From contig NC_091284.1 of the NCBI RefSeq assembly GCF_032444005.1, positions 103,726,001 through 103,790,000 of the forward strand: a stretch of 64,000 nucleotides of DNA, in the 5' to 3' direction. Both the position numbers and the translations under genes were made by a program. Below, piece by piece: positions 26,375-40,835 of this stretch (positions are counted from its first letter, which is position 1; each line of letters begins with the position of its first letter). The notes under the pieces are model-generated. The model saw nothing but the letters and a program-made list of their open reading frames with translations. It was not told the DNA's origin and searched no databases. Source of the DNA: Ranitomeya imitator (Eukaryota).

Positions 26375-27560
26375 ATAGAATCATAGAATGTTAGAGTTGG
26401 AAAGGACCTCCAGGGTCATCATATTCAACCCCCTTCTCAATGCGGGAATCACTAATCCATCTCAGACATATGCCTGTCCAGCCTCTGGTTGAAGACTTCC
26501 TTTGAAGAAGAACTCACTTCTGTTGTGGCAGTGTGTTCCACTCATTGATCACCCTCACTGTCCAAAAGTTTTTTCTATAATGTAATCTATATTTTCTCCC
26601 CTTCAGTTTCATTCCATTGCTTCTCATGTTTCCATGTGCAAATGAAAATTATGTTGATCCCTCTGCACTGTGACATCCCTTCAGATATTTGTATACAGCT
26701 ATTAAGTCTCCTCTTAGCCTTCTTTTTTGCAAGCTAAACATTCCCAGGTCCTTTAACCGTTCCGTGTAGGACATACTTTGCAGTCTGCTCACCATCCTCG
26801 TATCTATTCTGTGAACTTGAACTGGCTTTTCAATGTCTTTTCTAAAATGTAGTGCCCAGAACTGGACGCAGTATTCCGGACGAGGCTTGACCAAGGAGCA
26901 GTAGAGGGGTGAATTTACTTCACATGATCTAGACTCGATGCTTCTCTTACTACAGCCTAGAACTGTGTTTGCCTTTTTTTGCTGCTGCATCACACTCTTG
27001 ACTCATGTGCAGTCTGTGATCTATTAGTATACCCAAGTCTTTCATAAGTGCTGTTGCTTAGTTCTCTTCCTCCCATTCTACAGATGTAATTTTAGTTTTT
27101 CTTGCCTAGATGTAGAATCTTGCATTTCTCCCTTTTGAATACAATTCTACTAGTCACTGCCCATTGTTCAAGCTTATCTAGATCTTCAAAGCATTTTCTG
27201 TGTTCTCTAGTGTTAGCTATCCCTCCTAGCTTTGCATTGTCTAAAAATTTGACTAGGTTCCCTTCAGTTCCCTTATCTAGATCATTTATAACAAAAAGTT
27301 GAACAGGACAGAGCCTTGTGGTGCCCCACTTGAAACACTTTTCTAAATGGATTTGCAACCATTTATTACCATTTCTTGAGTACAATCACTGAGACAGTTA
27401 TAAATCCACGGAACTGTAGCCTTGTCAATCTCATAGTTGGTCATTTTTTCAGTAAGGATAGTAAGAGATACTTTATCAAATGCTTTACTGCAGTCATGAT
27501 ACAGTATACCATATCTATCGCTTTTCCCTGATCCACCCAGTCAGTAATTCCATTGTAAGA
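26375..27560 (-). mobile_element. CR1 LINE 3' portion (RT C-terminus and tail), degraded
   Basis: KKANTVLGC, YCVQFW, LGMFSLQKRRLRGDLIAVYKYLKG. Ends in the CR1 ATTCTATG tail repeat (catagaatcatagaat on + at 26375). Confidence 0.92.
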
Positions 27561-28317
27561 TGTCCAAGCGAGATAGTCGTGGGCTAGCTTCAGTCCCCAC
27601 TCGCTTTGGCATCCTACAGACATCTCATGTGCCAGTCAAGGTGTTCTTCTATGTGTGAGTGGCATCACACTTACTTTGTGGCTGCAGGCCTCTGCTTCTT
27701 CTATGTCCGGGAATCCCTCTTCTTGAACTGGGGCAGCAAATAATCCTGGAGATGCGAGGATCATAAAAACAACCAAACATTTACTTGGTGGATAGCAGTA
27801 TGTACAGTATTCAGCCCTGGTTTTTGGTATAGGAGGCTCATTTCTTTCACTGGTTTTCCTAGTCCTAGGGAATCTTCTCCATCACTAGCAGTATATCCGG
27901 ATTGCAATACCTTCCGCCCCATGTTGTCTGATTCCATCTTTCACTGTAGCTTCACAAGCTGAATGTGACCCAGGTCTCTGACATCCATCTCAAAGTTACC
28001 CCAGGCCATTTAGACAGAATTACACGGAAGGGTATTTTTGGCAATCCACTGCCCCAAGTATTAGGATGACGCTGTCCCTAGCAGCCCCAGACCTGTTACT
28101 TCACTCACTGCTGTCCACACACTGACTGCCCTGTCACTCCCTGGATCTGCTACCAACTCTCAGTTCTCCATCCCAAACAGGGCTTGTCACTACAGTTAAC
28201 CTTGTCTCAGCTAGCTAACTGCAGTGAGTATCATACTTTTATCAGATGCATTAACATAAAATGCATTTAACTCTTGGAGTATCAGGGAGCAATCCATCAG
28301 CCCCCACCACTTCTACA

Positions 28318-28560
28318 CCATCATAGAAAGAAAGTAGATTAGTCTGGCATACTACAAACCCATGCTGGCACTGGTTAATTATGGTATTATCCATGTACTT
28401 ACATACATGCTTTTTAATAATTTGTTCAAATATCTTTTTTGGTATAGAAGTAAGGCTCACTGGTCTGCAATTTTCTGGCTTCGTCTTCTTTCTTTTTTTA
28501 AAAATAGGGACAACATTTGATCACCTCCAATCTTCTGGGACTTCTCCTGTTTTCCATGAA
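28318..28560 (-). mobile_element. Upstream part of CR1 RT
   Basis: SLTSIPKKIFEQII...QHGF...TNLLSFYDG, the CR1 RT segment preceding that at 27560. Confidence 0.85.
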
Positions 28561-29244
28561 AACTCACAACCTGGTGCACAGAGTTGCACAGAGATCATAT
28601 CACACAACACACTGTCATTACTATGAAATTTTTATACTGTTAATGAACACACACAAAGCCATCAATGCAAACTAGAATCTATAAGCTTGAAAAGGGATGA
28701 AGACCACAACCCATGCCATTCCGATTTCTGTGTTTACTTTGTATATACATCAATAGAATATTTGCTGTTATTTAACTTCTAAGTGTTCCTAGCCCAGTCA
28801 GTGTGTCTTCACTCTATATTCCCATATTACCTTGGAATTAAAAAAAAAACATAAAATAATCCTCCAGTGGTGATTGCCCCTCATTTTTCTTATAGTCTCT
28901 TAATTTTTAAAGGGATAGCGCACACTTAGTATTTATTTGAAGAGATAATACACACTTAATATAACCATAATTTCAAGAGTTAGAGCCCACTTATCACCAG
29001 ACAACAAATCCATCAATTGAATGACTCCAACTAGCGTAGCAATCTGACCGCTTTTGACACCTCCATGACTGGTGCTGCTATTCTATCATGGCTGTTGTGT
29101 CCCTCAACAGTTTCCTGGCCAATGTGGAGGAATGACATTGGAGCGGGAAGTGAGTACTTTTTTCCTTACCCTGGGCCCATACACATTAAGTTATAAAATA
29201 GGGGAAAATCTCCTTAAACTACATTTTTCTTTATCGATAACCAG

Positions 29245-30340
29245 GGCTGCCACCAGGAATGTCAGGGCCCCATACTGGCAAAATTTTGGGGCCCCATTGT
29301 GACTCTGCTCGGGCTCCACCCCAGCTCCTCCTCCACCACTCGAATCTACTGTAAGTGCATTTACTATATACACAGGAGCTCTTTACCTAGTATACAGTGT
29401 ATAGTGTCAGTGTACTGGTAATACCGTGATCACTGGTGTGTTGACATTATACACAGGAGCTCTGTATATAGTGTATGGTAGATCGATTCACTTGGTTGCA
29501 TGCAGAAGTAGTCACAGGAACACTGCGCCTTTAAGGATTCCCTTGGTTTACTAGTACAGCATAAACCAAGGTTTAAGCACAAACATAAGCATGGCCCTCT
29601 GGGCAAAACAGCAAAACAAAATGGTAGCACTTTGTGAAGTCTTTGCACTAGTAGAGATCAGCCCACTCAGTGTTAGCAATGTCCTTCTGCAAGCATGATG
29701 TGGACAAACACTCTCCAAAAGTCTTCCTCTCCAAGCCCTCAACAGCCCTGACTACTACTGGAGTTCAGCTATTTAAGACCAGACCATGTGACTCCAAAAC
29801 CACGTGAATGAATACATGATTTTGACATCACACAGGTCCTGTAAGGACTCTGCAGGTGGAGAAACATTGACATCCTCCCACCCGCTCTATTGATGTCCAC
29901 TGAAACCAGCCTATAACATAACTTTAATTTAATCCTCCCAACACAAAGTGTGCTGGAAAAAGCTACTCTGATTTTAAATCACTGCACAGTGACACTTCAC
30001 ATCACCAGTGACTCTGTCACGTGTCAGTGTACAGGTAATACAGTGATCACCAGTGACATTTTACACAAGAGCTCTGTATACAGTGGCATTTTACAGGTAA
30101 TACAGTGATTACCAGTGACATTATACACAGGAACTCTGTATATAGTGTCAGTGTACAGGCAATACAGTGATCAACGGTGACATTATACACAGGAGCTCTG
30201 TATATAGTTTTAGTGTACAGGACCCATCAGTGACATTATACACAGGAGCCCTGTATATGGTGTATAGTGTAAGTGTACAGGTAACACACTGACTCACCAG
30301 TGACCTCTCTAGTTGAAATTCTACATCTTCACTTTTCTTC
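29245..30340. repeat. Non-autonomous DNA-element remnants with CAGTGACATTATACACAGGAGCTCTG repeats
   Basis: CAGGGCTGCC... left end at 29242-29260 and recurring ~40-bp motifs at 29370-29480 and 30020-30300. Confidence 0.5.
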
Positions 30341-31425
30341 ATCCAGCGCAGATCGTTATCACTTCTTCCAGCCAGTACTCGTCTCTGTAAAAAAACAGCT
30401 ATTAGAGCACCGTTTCCCGAGCACATTTCCCAATGTTTCCCCAACTTCTACACTGTGTCAGATGAACAAGCGACATAGTGCCGTCCTGCTCAGTAACTTG
30501 ACCCACCTCAATTTATCATATGCTCTACCCCACCCTCAATTTATCATAATTTACTCTCCTCCACAACCCCACCTCAAGTCATCATCATTTGCTCTTCCCC
30601 ACCCCACAGTGTGAATTCATAATCATTTGCTCTTCTGCATCCCCAGTCTTAAATCAGAATCATTTGCTGTACCCCATCCCCAAGTCTCAAGTCATCATCA
30701 TTTTCTGTACCCCATCCCCCAGCCTTAGTTCATAATCATTTGCTGTTCCCCACACCCCAGTCTCAGTTCATCATCATTTGCTCCACCCTCTCCACACCCA
30801 TTTAATTCATTATATTCATTATATTAAAAAAAAGTTTTTAATACTTCTCATACAATCCCCTGCAGCTCCACTTCCGTTTTCCAGCACCCGTACGTGATGG
30901 CGCCATGACATCATCACGTAAGGCACCACCACAGAAGAGGCCTCCCTCTTTGCTTCTGCTCACCAGGCCCCATACACCAGTAAGAGTTGTAGTCTCCAGA
31001 TGTCGGCCCTACCAATACATTCTATGACCATGTCATACATTTCTTGGTGCCATAGTAATACATGGTCTTGCTATATATTAAAGTTACTTTTTAGTAAAAA
31101 AAACTCTACAAAAGCAGTTCCAAAATAATAACTACAATATTTTGCCATGTTTTTCACTAAACATATAAATAATTAATAAATTGGTGCAAAGAGGAAAAAT
31201 AATTCAGTATAACAGTTACTATCTGAGTTCCAGGTAGAGTTACGGTATTTTAAAAAGTCAATCAAATAATAATAATCACAACAGACAGAAAACAATGAGA
31301 CCATAGAGAGTGTGCCAGCGCCACACAAACATTGACCGTTGTAACCGGTTAGGCCAGAATCACACAGGTGTTTGCAGTTCTGTTTTCTTGTCTTGTTCAA
31401 TTCCAAAGACATACTGATAGGGATT

Positions 31426-31767
31426 CTAGATTGTGAGCCCCATCAGGGACAGTGATGATAATGTGTGCAAAAACTGTAAAGCGCTGCGGAATATGTTAGC
31501 GCTATATAAAAATAAAGATTATTATAATGATTGCAGTATGTCTCAATGGCGACCATTGTCTCATTCCATCACTGGGCTTCTGGGTCTATATCCCACCAAG
31601 GACAACATCTGTATGGAGCTTCAATGTGTTAGCTGGGGGTTTCCTCGCACACTTCATGGATATACTGATGGGGAGTTTAGATTGTGAGCCACAATGGGGA
31701 CAGTGATGTTGATGTCTGTAAAGCGCTGTGGAATTAATGGCGCTATATAAGCAAAGAAAAATAAATA
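31426..31767 (+). mobile_element. Two tandem L2-type LINE/SINE 3' ends (31426-31527 and 31678-31767)
   Basis: TAGATTGTGAGCC...GGGACAG...TGTAAAGCGCTG...GCGCTATATA followed by an A-rich tail. Confidence 0.6.
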
Positions 31768-32769
31768 ATGTGTGTGCCCACCATTTTACATAGATTATCA
31801 AGTAGTACCTTTTTTGCCAAGTAGGATAAGAATGAGCTTGTTTAAAACAGTCGTCTCCAATACAGTATGTTGCATATGAGAATTTGGTGTAGATCAGATT
31901 GGGGTTTGTTAGGCAACATGGACTCAGCGTCACAGATATAGGAGGAATATTGCTTCCAGGAATCCCGTCTGATATTAACAGTCCAGTGACTAACGTGAAT
32001 GACTCCTGTGTAGGGTTGAGCGAAACGGGTCGTTCATTTTCAAAAGTCGCCGACTTTTGGCAAAGTCGGGTTTCATGAAACCCGATCCGACCCCTGTGCG
32101 GGGTCGGCCATGCGGTACGCGACTTTCGCGCCAAAGTCGCGTTTCAATGACGCGAAAAGCGCCATTTCTCAGCCAATGAAGGTAAACGCAGAGTGTGGGC
32201 AGCGTGATGACATAGGTCCTGGTCCCCACCATCTTAGAGAAGGGCATTGCAGTGATTGGCTTGCTGTCTGCGGCGTCACAGGGGCTATAAAGGGGCATTC
32301 CCGCCGACCGCCATGTTACTGCTGCTGATCTGAGCTTAGGGAGAGGTTGCTGCCGCTTCGTCAGAAGCAGGGATAGCGTTAGGCAGGGTCCATTAACCAC
32401 CAAACCGCTTGTGCTGTAGCGATTTCCACTGCCCAACACCACCTTCGGTGTGCAGGGACAGTGGAAGCTACATTTTTTTTTTTCCCCCTCAGCGCTGTAG
32501 CTCATTGGGCTGCCCTAGAAGGCTCCCTGATAGCTGCATTGCTGTGTGTACGCCGCTGTGCAAACCAACTGCTTTTTTCAAAGCACAAATCCTCTTGTTC
32601 CTTCCTTTCTGCACAGCTATCTTTTTGGTTTGTACACACTTTTTATTTAATTTGTGCATCAGTCCACTCCTTATGGCTGCCTGCCATACCTGGCTGAGAT
32701 TACTGCAGGGAGATAGTAATTGAAGGACACTCCCTGTTTTTTTTTTTTTTTGTGGGAGATTAAGATTGA

Positions 32770-34790
32770 CATTTCTGCTAGAATGCCATCCCTGTCTGTG
32801 TCATCTCTCACTCAGTGGGCCATAGAAAGCCTATTTTTTTTTTTTGCTTGATTTGGGTTATAAAATCTACCTGAAAAAATCACTACATCAATCAGTGGGA
32901 GAAAAATATTGGCCTCAGGGCTTGTGTGCCACTCTTGACTCCTGTGTGTGCCATCTCTCAGTGGGCCATAGAAAGCCTATTTATTTTTTTTTTTTTTATT
33001 GGGTTTATAAATTTTCCCTGGAAAAAAAAAAAAAAGTGGGAGATTAATATTGGCCTCTGGGCTTGTGTGCCAGTCCTGAGCGTGCCATCTCTCTCACAAA
33101 TAGTGGGCCATAGAAAGCCTATTTATTTATTTTTTTTTGGTTTTATAAATTCTCCCTTAAAAAAAAAGGGAGATTAATATTGGCCTTTGGGCTTGTGTGC
33201 CAGTCCTAAGCGTGCCATCTCTCTCTGTCTCTCAGATAGTGGGCCATAGAAAGCCTATTTATTATTTTTTTTATTGGGTTTATAAATTTTCCCTGGAACA
33301 AAAAAAAAAAAGTGGGAGATAAATATTGGCCTCTGGGCTTGTGTGCCACTCCTGACTCCTGTGTGCGTCATCTCTCACTCAGTGGGCCATAGAAAGCCTT
33401 TTTTTGTTTTATTTGTTTTCTAAATTCTCCCTGAAAAAATCATTTTATTTTATTTGGTTTCTAAATTCTTCCTGAAAAAATCATTTTATTCTATTTTTTT
33501 TTTCCTAAAGTCTCCCTGAAAAAACAAAAAAAAAACAAATCAGTGGGAGATTAATATTGCCCTTTCTGCTTGTGTGCCAGTCTTGACTCCTGGGTGTGCT
33601 ATCTCTCTCTCTCTCTCCAATTGTGGGCCATAGAAAGCCTATTATTTTTTTAGCTTGATTTGGGTTCCAAAATCTACCTGAAAAAATCACTACATCAATC
33701 AGTGGGAGATAAATATTGGCCTCTGGGCTTGTGTGCCACTCCTGACTCCTGTGTGCGTCATCTCTCACTCATTGGGCCATAGAAAGCCTTTTTTTGTTTT
33801 ATTTGTTTTCTAAATTCTCCCTGAAAAAATCATTTTATTTTCTTTGGTTTCTAAATTCTTCCTGAAAAAATCATTTTATTCTATTTTTTTTTTTCCTAAA
33901 GTCTCCCTGAAAGAAAAAAAAAAAAAAACAAATCAGTGGGAGATTAATATTGTCCTTTCTGCTTGTGTGCCAGTCTTGACTCCTGGGTGTGCCATCTCTC
34001 TCTCTCTCTCCAATTGTGGGCCATAGAAAGCCTATTATTTTTTTAGCTTGATTTGGGTTCCAAAATCTACCTGAAAAAATCACTACATCAATCAGTGGGA
34101 GATAAATATTGGCCTCTGGGCTTGTGTGCCACTCCTGATTCCTGTGTGCGTCATCTCTCACTCAGTGGGCCATAGAAAGCCTTTTTTTGTTTTATTTGTT
34201 TTCTAAATTCTCCCTGAAAAAATCATTTTATTTTATTTGGTTTCTAAATTCTTCCTGAAAAAATCATTTTATTCTATTTTTTTTTTTCCTAAAGTCTCCC
34301 TGAAAAAAAAAAAAAAAAAAACAAATCAGTGGGAGATTAATATTGCCCTTTCTGCTTGTGTGCCAGTCTTGACTCCTGGGTGTGCCATCTCTTTCTCTCT
34401 CTCCAATTGTGGGCCATAGAAAGCCTATTATTTTTTTAGCTTGATTTGGGTTCCAAAATCTACCTGAAAAAATCACTACATCAATCAGTGGGAGATAAAT
34501 ATTGGCCTCTGGGCTTGTGTGCCACTCCTGACTCCTGTGTGCGTCATCTCTCACTCAGTGGGCCATAGAAAGCCTTTTTTTGTTTTATTTGTTTTCTAAA
34601 TTCTCCCTGAAAAAATCATTTTATTTTCTTTGGTTTCTAAATTCTTCCTGAAAAAATCATTTTATTCTATTTTTTTTTTTTCCTAAAGTCTCCCTGAAAA
34701 AAAAAAAAAATCAAATCAGTGGGAGATTAATATTTACATTTGTGCTTCAGTGACAGTCCTGCGTGTGTGGCATCTCTCTCATTTGTTGCC
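32770..34790 (+). repeat. Composite tandem array inside the hAT 5' region (~392-bp higher-order unit built from ~120-bp subunits)
   Basis: aaagtctccctg recurs at 33507, 33898, 34291 and 34685. gtgggccatagaaagcct recurs throughout. Confidence 0.9.
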
Positions 34791-34941
34791 ACCAACAACA
34801 GAGTGTGTAACATTGTGCCTGATTTTCGTTGTGGTCTCACTCACCTGTAAAGGGGTAGCTAAATCATACTGAAGTTATAGCTCACCGTGTAATTTGTGTG
34901 ACAGCAACAAATACCGTTAGTTTGTTTACGTTTTTAAAACA

Positions 34942-37900
34942 ATGAGGAAGTATGGTGGAAGAGGTCGTGGCCGGGGGCGTTCATTGTCAGCTGGTAATGA
35001 GGGTAGTGGTAGTGGTGGAGCATCAGCTGGTCGTGGGAAATAAAATATTGCACCTAAGTCTGGAGCTGTGGAGCCAGGTTCGTCGTCTGGCTACACAAGG
35101 CCTCGAACGCTCCCTTTTCTGGGAGTAGGAAAACCGCTTTTAAAGCCGGAGCAGCAAGAGCAAGTTTTGACTTATCTTGCTGACTCAGCCTCTAGCTCTT
35201 TTGCCTCCTCTCGTGAAACTGGTAAATGTCAAAGTAGCGCGTCGTTAGTGGATGTTCACGGTCAGGGACAAGTCGCTTCCTTGTCCTCTTCAGCAAAAAC
35301 AACAACAGAGAAGAATGCAGCAGGCGACACAATGGGTTACTCCATGGAGCTCTTTACACATACCGTCCCTGGCTTAGAAAGTGAAGCAGTTAACAGTCCA
35401 TGCCCATTACAAGTTGAATCTGACATGGAGTGCACTGATGCACAGCCACAGCCAGACTACTATGCTGGTCCTTTGACTCAGACCACAACATTGCCCTCGC
35501 AGGGTGCTGATCAAGAATCAGACCCTGATGAGACTATGTTGCCCCATCACGAACGCTATACCACCGACCGACACGGTGACACAGACAAAGTTGCACACGA
35601 GCTACAAGAAGAGGTAATAGATGACCCAGTTCTTGACCCCGATTGGCAGCCATTGGGGGAACAGGGTGCAGGCGGCAGCAGTTCTGAAGCGGAGGAGGAG
35701 GGGCCGCAGCAGGCATCAACATCGCAACAGGTTCCATCTGCCGGGCCCGTATCTTGCCCAAAACGCGTGGCAAAGCTAAAACCTGTTGGAGGACAGCGTG
35801 GCCATCCGGTTAAAGCTCAGTCTGCAATGCCTGAAAAGGTATCCGATGCTAGAAAGAGTGCAGTCTGGCATTTTTTTAAACAACATCCAATTGATCAGCG
35901 CAAAGTCATCTGTCAAAAATGTTCAACTACCTTAAGCAGAGGACAGAATCTGAAAAGTCTCAATACAAGTTGCATGCATAGACATTTAACCACCATGCAT
36001 TTGCAAGCCTGGACTAACTACCAAACGTCCCTTAAGGTTGTAGCACCCTCGGCCAATGAAGCTAGTCAGCAACGCAACATCCCTTCCGGCAGTGTAGGGC
36101 CACCATTTTCCGCACCACCTGCAGTATCTGTGCAGGTTTCTTTGCCAGGCCAAAGCCGTCAGGGTCAGGGAATCACCAGTTTCGTAGTAGGAAACACTGC
36201 ATCTAGGGCACCGGTGGCAACAATACCATCTCCCACCGTCTCTCAGTCTGCCATGTCCACCGGCACCCCCGCTAGTTCCACGATCTCCAGCTCTCCAGTC
36301 CAGCTCACCCTACATGAGACTATGGTTAGAAAAAGGAAGTACTTAGCCTCGCATCCGCGTACACAGGGTTTGAACGCACACATAGCTAGACTAATCTCGT
36401 TAGAGATGATGCCCTACCGGTTAGTTGAAAGCAAAGCTTTCAAAGCCCTGATGGACTACGCTGTACCACGCTACGAGCTACCCAGTCGACACTTTTTTTC
36501 CAGAAAAGCCATCCCAGCCCTCCACCAGCATGTTAAAGAGCGCATCGTCCATGCACTCAGGCAATCTGTGAGCACAAAGGTGCACCTGACAACAGATGCA
36601 TGGACCAGTAGGCATGGCCAGGGACGTTACGTGTCCATCACGGCACACTGGTTAAATGTGGTGGATGCAGGGTCCACAGGGGACAGCAAGTTTGGGACAG
36701 TTCTGCCTAGCCCACGGTCTAGGAAACAATTGGCTGTAGCCGTTCGCACCCCCTCCTCCTCCTCTTCGTCCTCCTGCAGAAGCGAGAGCTCGTCCACAGA
36801 CCGCAGTCGCACAACCACTCCATCCGCAGCTGCCACTGTTGCACACCAGGTCTCCCATTATGGGGCAGCTACTGGCAAACGTCAGCAGGCTGTATTGGCT
36901 ATGAAGTGTTTGGGCGACAACAGACACACCGCGGAAGTTCTGTCCGAGTTCTTGCAGAAAGAAACGCAGTCGTGGCTGGGCACTGTAGATCTTGAGGCAG
37001 GCAAGGTAGTGAGTGATAACGGAAGGAATTTCATGGCTGCCATCTCCCTTTCCCAACTGAAACACATTCCTTGCCTGGCTCACACCTTAAACCTGGTGGT
37101 GCAGTGCTTCCTGAAAAGTTATCCGGGGTTATCCGACCTGCTCCTCAAAGTGCGTGGACTTTGCTCACATATCCGCCGTTCGCCCGTACACTCCAGCCGT
37201 ATGCAGACCTATCAGCGTTCTTTGAACCTTCCCCAGCATCGCCTAATCATAGACGTTGCAACAAGGTGGAACTCAACACTGCACATGCTTCAGAGACTGT
37301 GTGAACAGAGGCGGGCTGTTATGTTTTTGTGGGAGGATACACATACACGGGCAGGCAGTAGGATGGCAGACATGGAGTTGTCAGGTGTGCAGTGGTCGAA
37401 GATTCAAGACATGTGTCAAGTCCTTCAGTGTTTTGAGGAATGCACACGGCTGGTTAGTGCAGACAACGCCATAATAAGCATGAGCATCCCCCTAATGCGT
37501 CTGCTGATGCAAAGTTTGACGCACATAAAGGATCAGGCGTCTGCAGCTGAGGAAGAGGAAAGCCTTGATGACAGTCAGCCATTGTCTGGCCAGGGCAGTG
37601 TACAGGACGAGGTAGCGGGCGAAGAGGAGGAGGAGGACGAGGAGGATGATGGGGATGATTATATTTTTAATGAGGAAGCTTTTCCGGGGCCACTGGAAAT
37701 TGGTGGCGCGGCAAGGCCGGGTTCTGGTTTTTTGAGGGACACAAGTGACGTGGATTTGCCTGAAACTGCCCCTCAACCAAGCACAACCGCAGATTTGAGA
37801 ACTGGAACTTTGGCCCACATGGCGGATTATGCCTTACGTATCCTCAAAAGGGACACACGCATAACTAAAATGATGAATGATGACGATTACTGGTTGGCCT

Positions 37901-38511
37901 GCCTCCTTGATCCTCGCTATAAAGGCAAATTGCAAAATATAATGCCACATGAGAACTTGGAACTAATATTAGCAACCAAACAATCAACTCTTGTTGACCG
38001 TTTGCTTCTGGCATTCCCTGCACACAGCGCCCGTGATCGTTCTCACACGAGCTGCAGGGGCCAGCAGACCAGAGGAGTTAGAGGGGCAGAAATCAGAAGT
38101 GGCGTTGGCCAGAGGGGTTTTCTGACCAGGTTGTGGAGTGATTTTGCTATGACCGCAGACAGGACAGGTACTGCAGCATCAATTCAAAGTGACAGGAGAC
38201 AACATTTGTCCAGTATGGTTACAAACTATTTTTCATCCCTTATCGATGTTCTCCCTCAACCGTCATTCCCATTTGATTACTGGGCATCAAAATTAGACAC
38301 CTGGCCAGAATTGGCAGAATATGCATTGCAGGAGCTTGCTTGCCCGGCAGCTAGTGTCCTATCAGAAAGAGTATTCAGTGCTGCAGGTTCAATATTAACC
38401 GAAAAAAGGACTCGTCTGGCTAGCCAAAATGTAGATGATCTAACCTTCATTAAAATGAACCACAACTGGATTTCGAAATCTTTTGCCCCACCTTGCCCGG
38501 CTGACACCTAG
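34942..38511 (+). CDS. hAT (Ac/ZBED-like) transposase, 1189 codons with one in-frame TAA at codon 34; 1147-aa open segment from 35068
   Basis: BED finger (W..F..C..C..HL...H, ~35854-36000), LTTDAWTS, VVSDNGRNF, CLAH, TRWNST, LLDPRYK, SVLSERVFS. ATG 34942 is in frame with the long ORF. TAA at 35041-35043. Confidence 0.92.
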
Positions 38512-38981
38512 CTTTCCTATGAAAAGGTCTTGCCTGTGGACTATTCTGAATGCCTTTTCCAATCTCATAATTTTCTGCACCTGATTGTCCAGCATACGAC
38601 ATGTTTACACCTCACTAAATGGCCAAACTCCCCACACGGGGCCGTGGTATCGACACTTGGCGACAGCACCCGTGAGAGTGCAGTTTGTCTGAAGAGGTGG
38701 GTGAGCCCGCTTTTGGTCGACGGCACTGCCACTGGGTCCCTCCTAGTACAATAAAGTGTCTCTGGCGGTGGTGGTGCGCACCCAACGTCAGACACACCGT
38801 TGTAATATGAGGGGCCCTGGGCCTGTACCGCCGGCCACAAGACAGTTTCCCCCCACCCCAGCTCAAACAGTGCTCTACCACTTGCAAAATTATCTCACAG
38901 CTCCACCAATGTTTAGTCTATGAGCTGACATCCTTCAATGCCTGCCACTGACAATACCATTGTATTGACATTTTTGTTATG

Positions 38982-40497
38982 TTAGGCCTTCGATGCCTGT
39001 CTGTGGTCACTCCTTCCACTAGGCCTCCACTGACCACACCACTGCTGCCCGTGTACCCCTGGAACCAATTTAAAATTGCCTACAGCCATGTGTTATTATT
39101 TTAGGCCTTCGATGCCTGTCTGCGGTGACTCCTTCCACTAGGCCTCCACTGACCACACCACTGCTGCCCGTGTACCCCTGGAACCAATTTAAAATTGCCT
39201 ACAGCCATGTGTTATTATTTTAGGCCTTCGATGCCTGTCTGCGGTGACTCCTTCCACTAGGCCTCCACTGACCACACCACTGCTGCCCGTGTACCCCTGG
39301 AACCAATTTAAAATTGCCTACAGCCATGTGTTATTATTTTAGGCCTTCGATGCCTGTCTGCGGTGACTCCTTCCACTAGGCCTCCACTGACCACACCACT
39401 GCTGCCCGTGTACCCCTGGAACCAATTTAACATTGCCTACAGCCATGTGTTATTATTTTAGGCCTTCGATGCCTGTCTGCGGTCACTCCTTCCACTAGGC
39501 CTCCACTGACCACACCACTGCTGCCCGTGTACCCCTGGAACCAATTTAAAATTGCCTACAGCCATGTGTTATTATTTTAGGCCTTCGATGCCTGTCTGCG
39601 GTCACTCCTTCCACTAGGCCTCCACTGACCACACCACTGCTGCCCGTGTACCCCTGTAACCAATTTAAAATTGCCTACAGCCATGTGTTATTATTTTAGG
39701 CCTTCGATCCCTGTCTGTGGTCACTCCTTCCACTAGGCCTCCACTGACCACACCACTGCTGCCCGTGTACCCCTGGAACCAATTTAAAATTGCCTACAGC
39801 CATGTGTTATTATTTTAGGCCTTCGATGCCTGTCTGCGGTCACTCCTTCCACTAGGCCTCCACTGACCACACCACTGCTGCCCGTGTACCCCTGGAACCA
39901 ATTTAAAATTGCCTACAGCCATGTGTTATTATTTTAGGCCTTCGATGCCTGTCTGCGGTTACTCCTTCCACTAGGCCTCCACTGACCACACCACTGCTGC
40001 CCGTGTACCCCTGGAACCAATTTAAAATTGCCTACAGCCATGTGTTATTATTTTAGGCCTTCGATGCCTGTCTGCGGTGACTCCTTCCACTAGGCCTCCA
40101 CTGACCACACCACTGCTGCCCGTGTACCCCTGGAACCAATTTAAAATTGCCTACAGCCATGTGTTATTATTTTAGGCCTTCGATGCCTGTCTGCGGTCAC
40201 TCCTTCCACTAGGCCTCCACTGACCACACCACTGCTGCCCGTGTACCCCTGGAACCAATTTAAAATTGCCTACAGCCATGTGTTATTATTTTAGGCCTTC
40301 GATGCCTGTCTGCGGTCACTCCTTCCACTAGGCCTCCACTGACCACACCACTGCTGCCCGTGTACCCCTGGAACCAATTTAAAATTGCCTACAGCCATGT
40401 GTTATTATTTTAGGCCTTCGATGCCTGTCTGCGGTCACTCCTTCCACTAGGCCTCCACTGACCACACCACTGCTGCCCGTGTACCCCTGGAACCAAC
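38982..40497 (+). repeat. 119-bp tandem array, ~12.7 near-identical copies, inside the hAT
   Basis: ttaggccttcgatgcc starts at 38982, 39101, 39220 ... 40410. Confidence 0.97.
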
Positions 40498-40835
40498 ATC
40501 AGAAAATATAAAAATAAGTATTTTGCTTATAAAAAAGAAAATACTGGAGAGATATCAAATGCAGACATTTTAACATTAAAAACAAACACATACAACAAAA
40601 ATCTGGTACAGTACTAAAAATGGCCACCAGCTACAATAACTTTCTCCTGCAAGTAGTTAGCTGAAAGGTTTTTTCAATTTTAAACACAGATATGGCATCC
40701 ACCGAGTGTTGTCCTGTCGCGTCTTCTTTATATTATTGCCAAGAAGATGCAAAACAATGAAAATAATAAAATCATTATTTACCAAAAAAATAGAGTAAGT
40801 CAAAACCACATTGCAAATAAACATTCATTACAAAT

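Noticed and set aside
31586-32134. 182-aa minus ORF crossing the hAT left end, a possible disrupted host exon
   Set aside because: Rejoining the flanks across the TSD gives a stop a few codons upstream, no acceptor and no recognisable homology.
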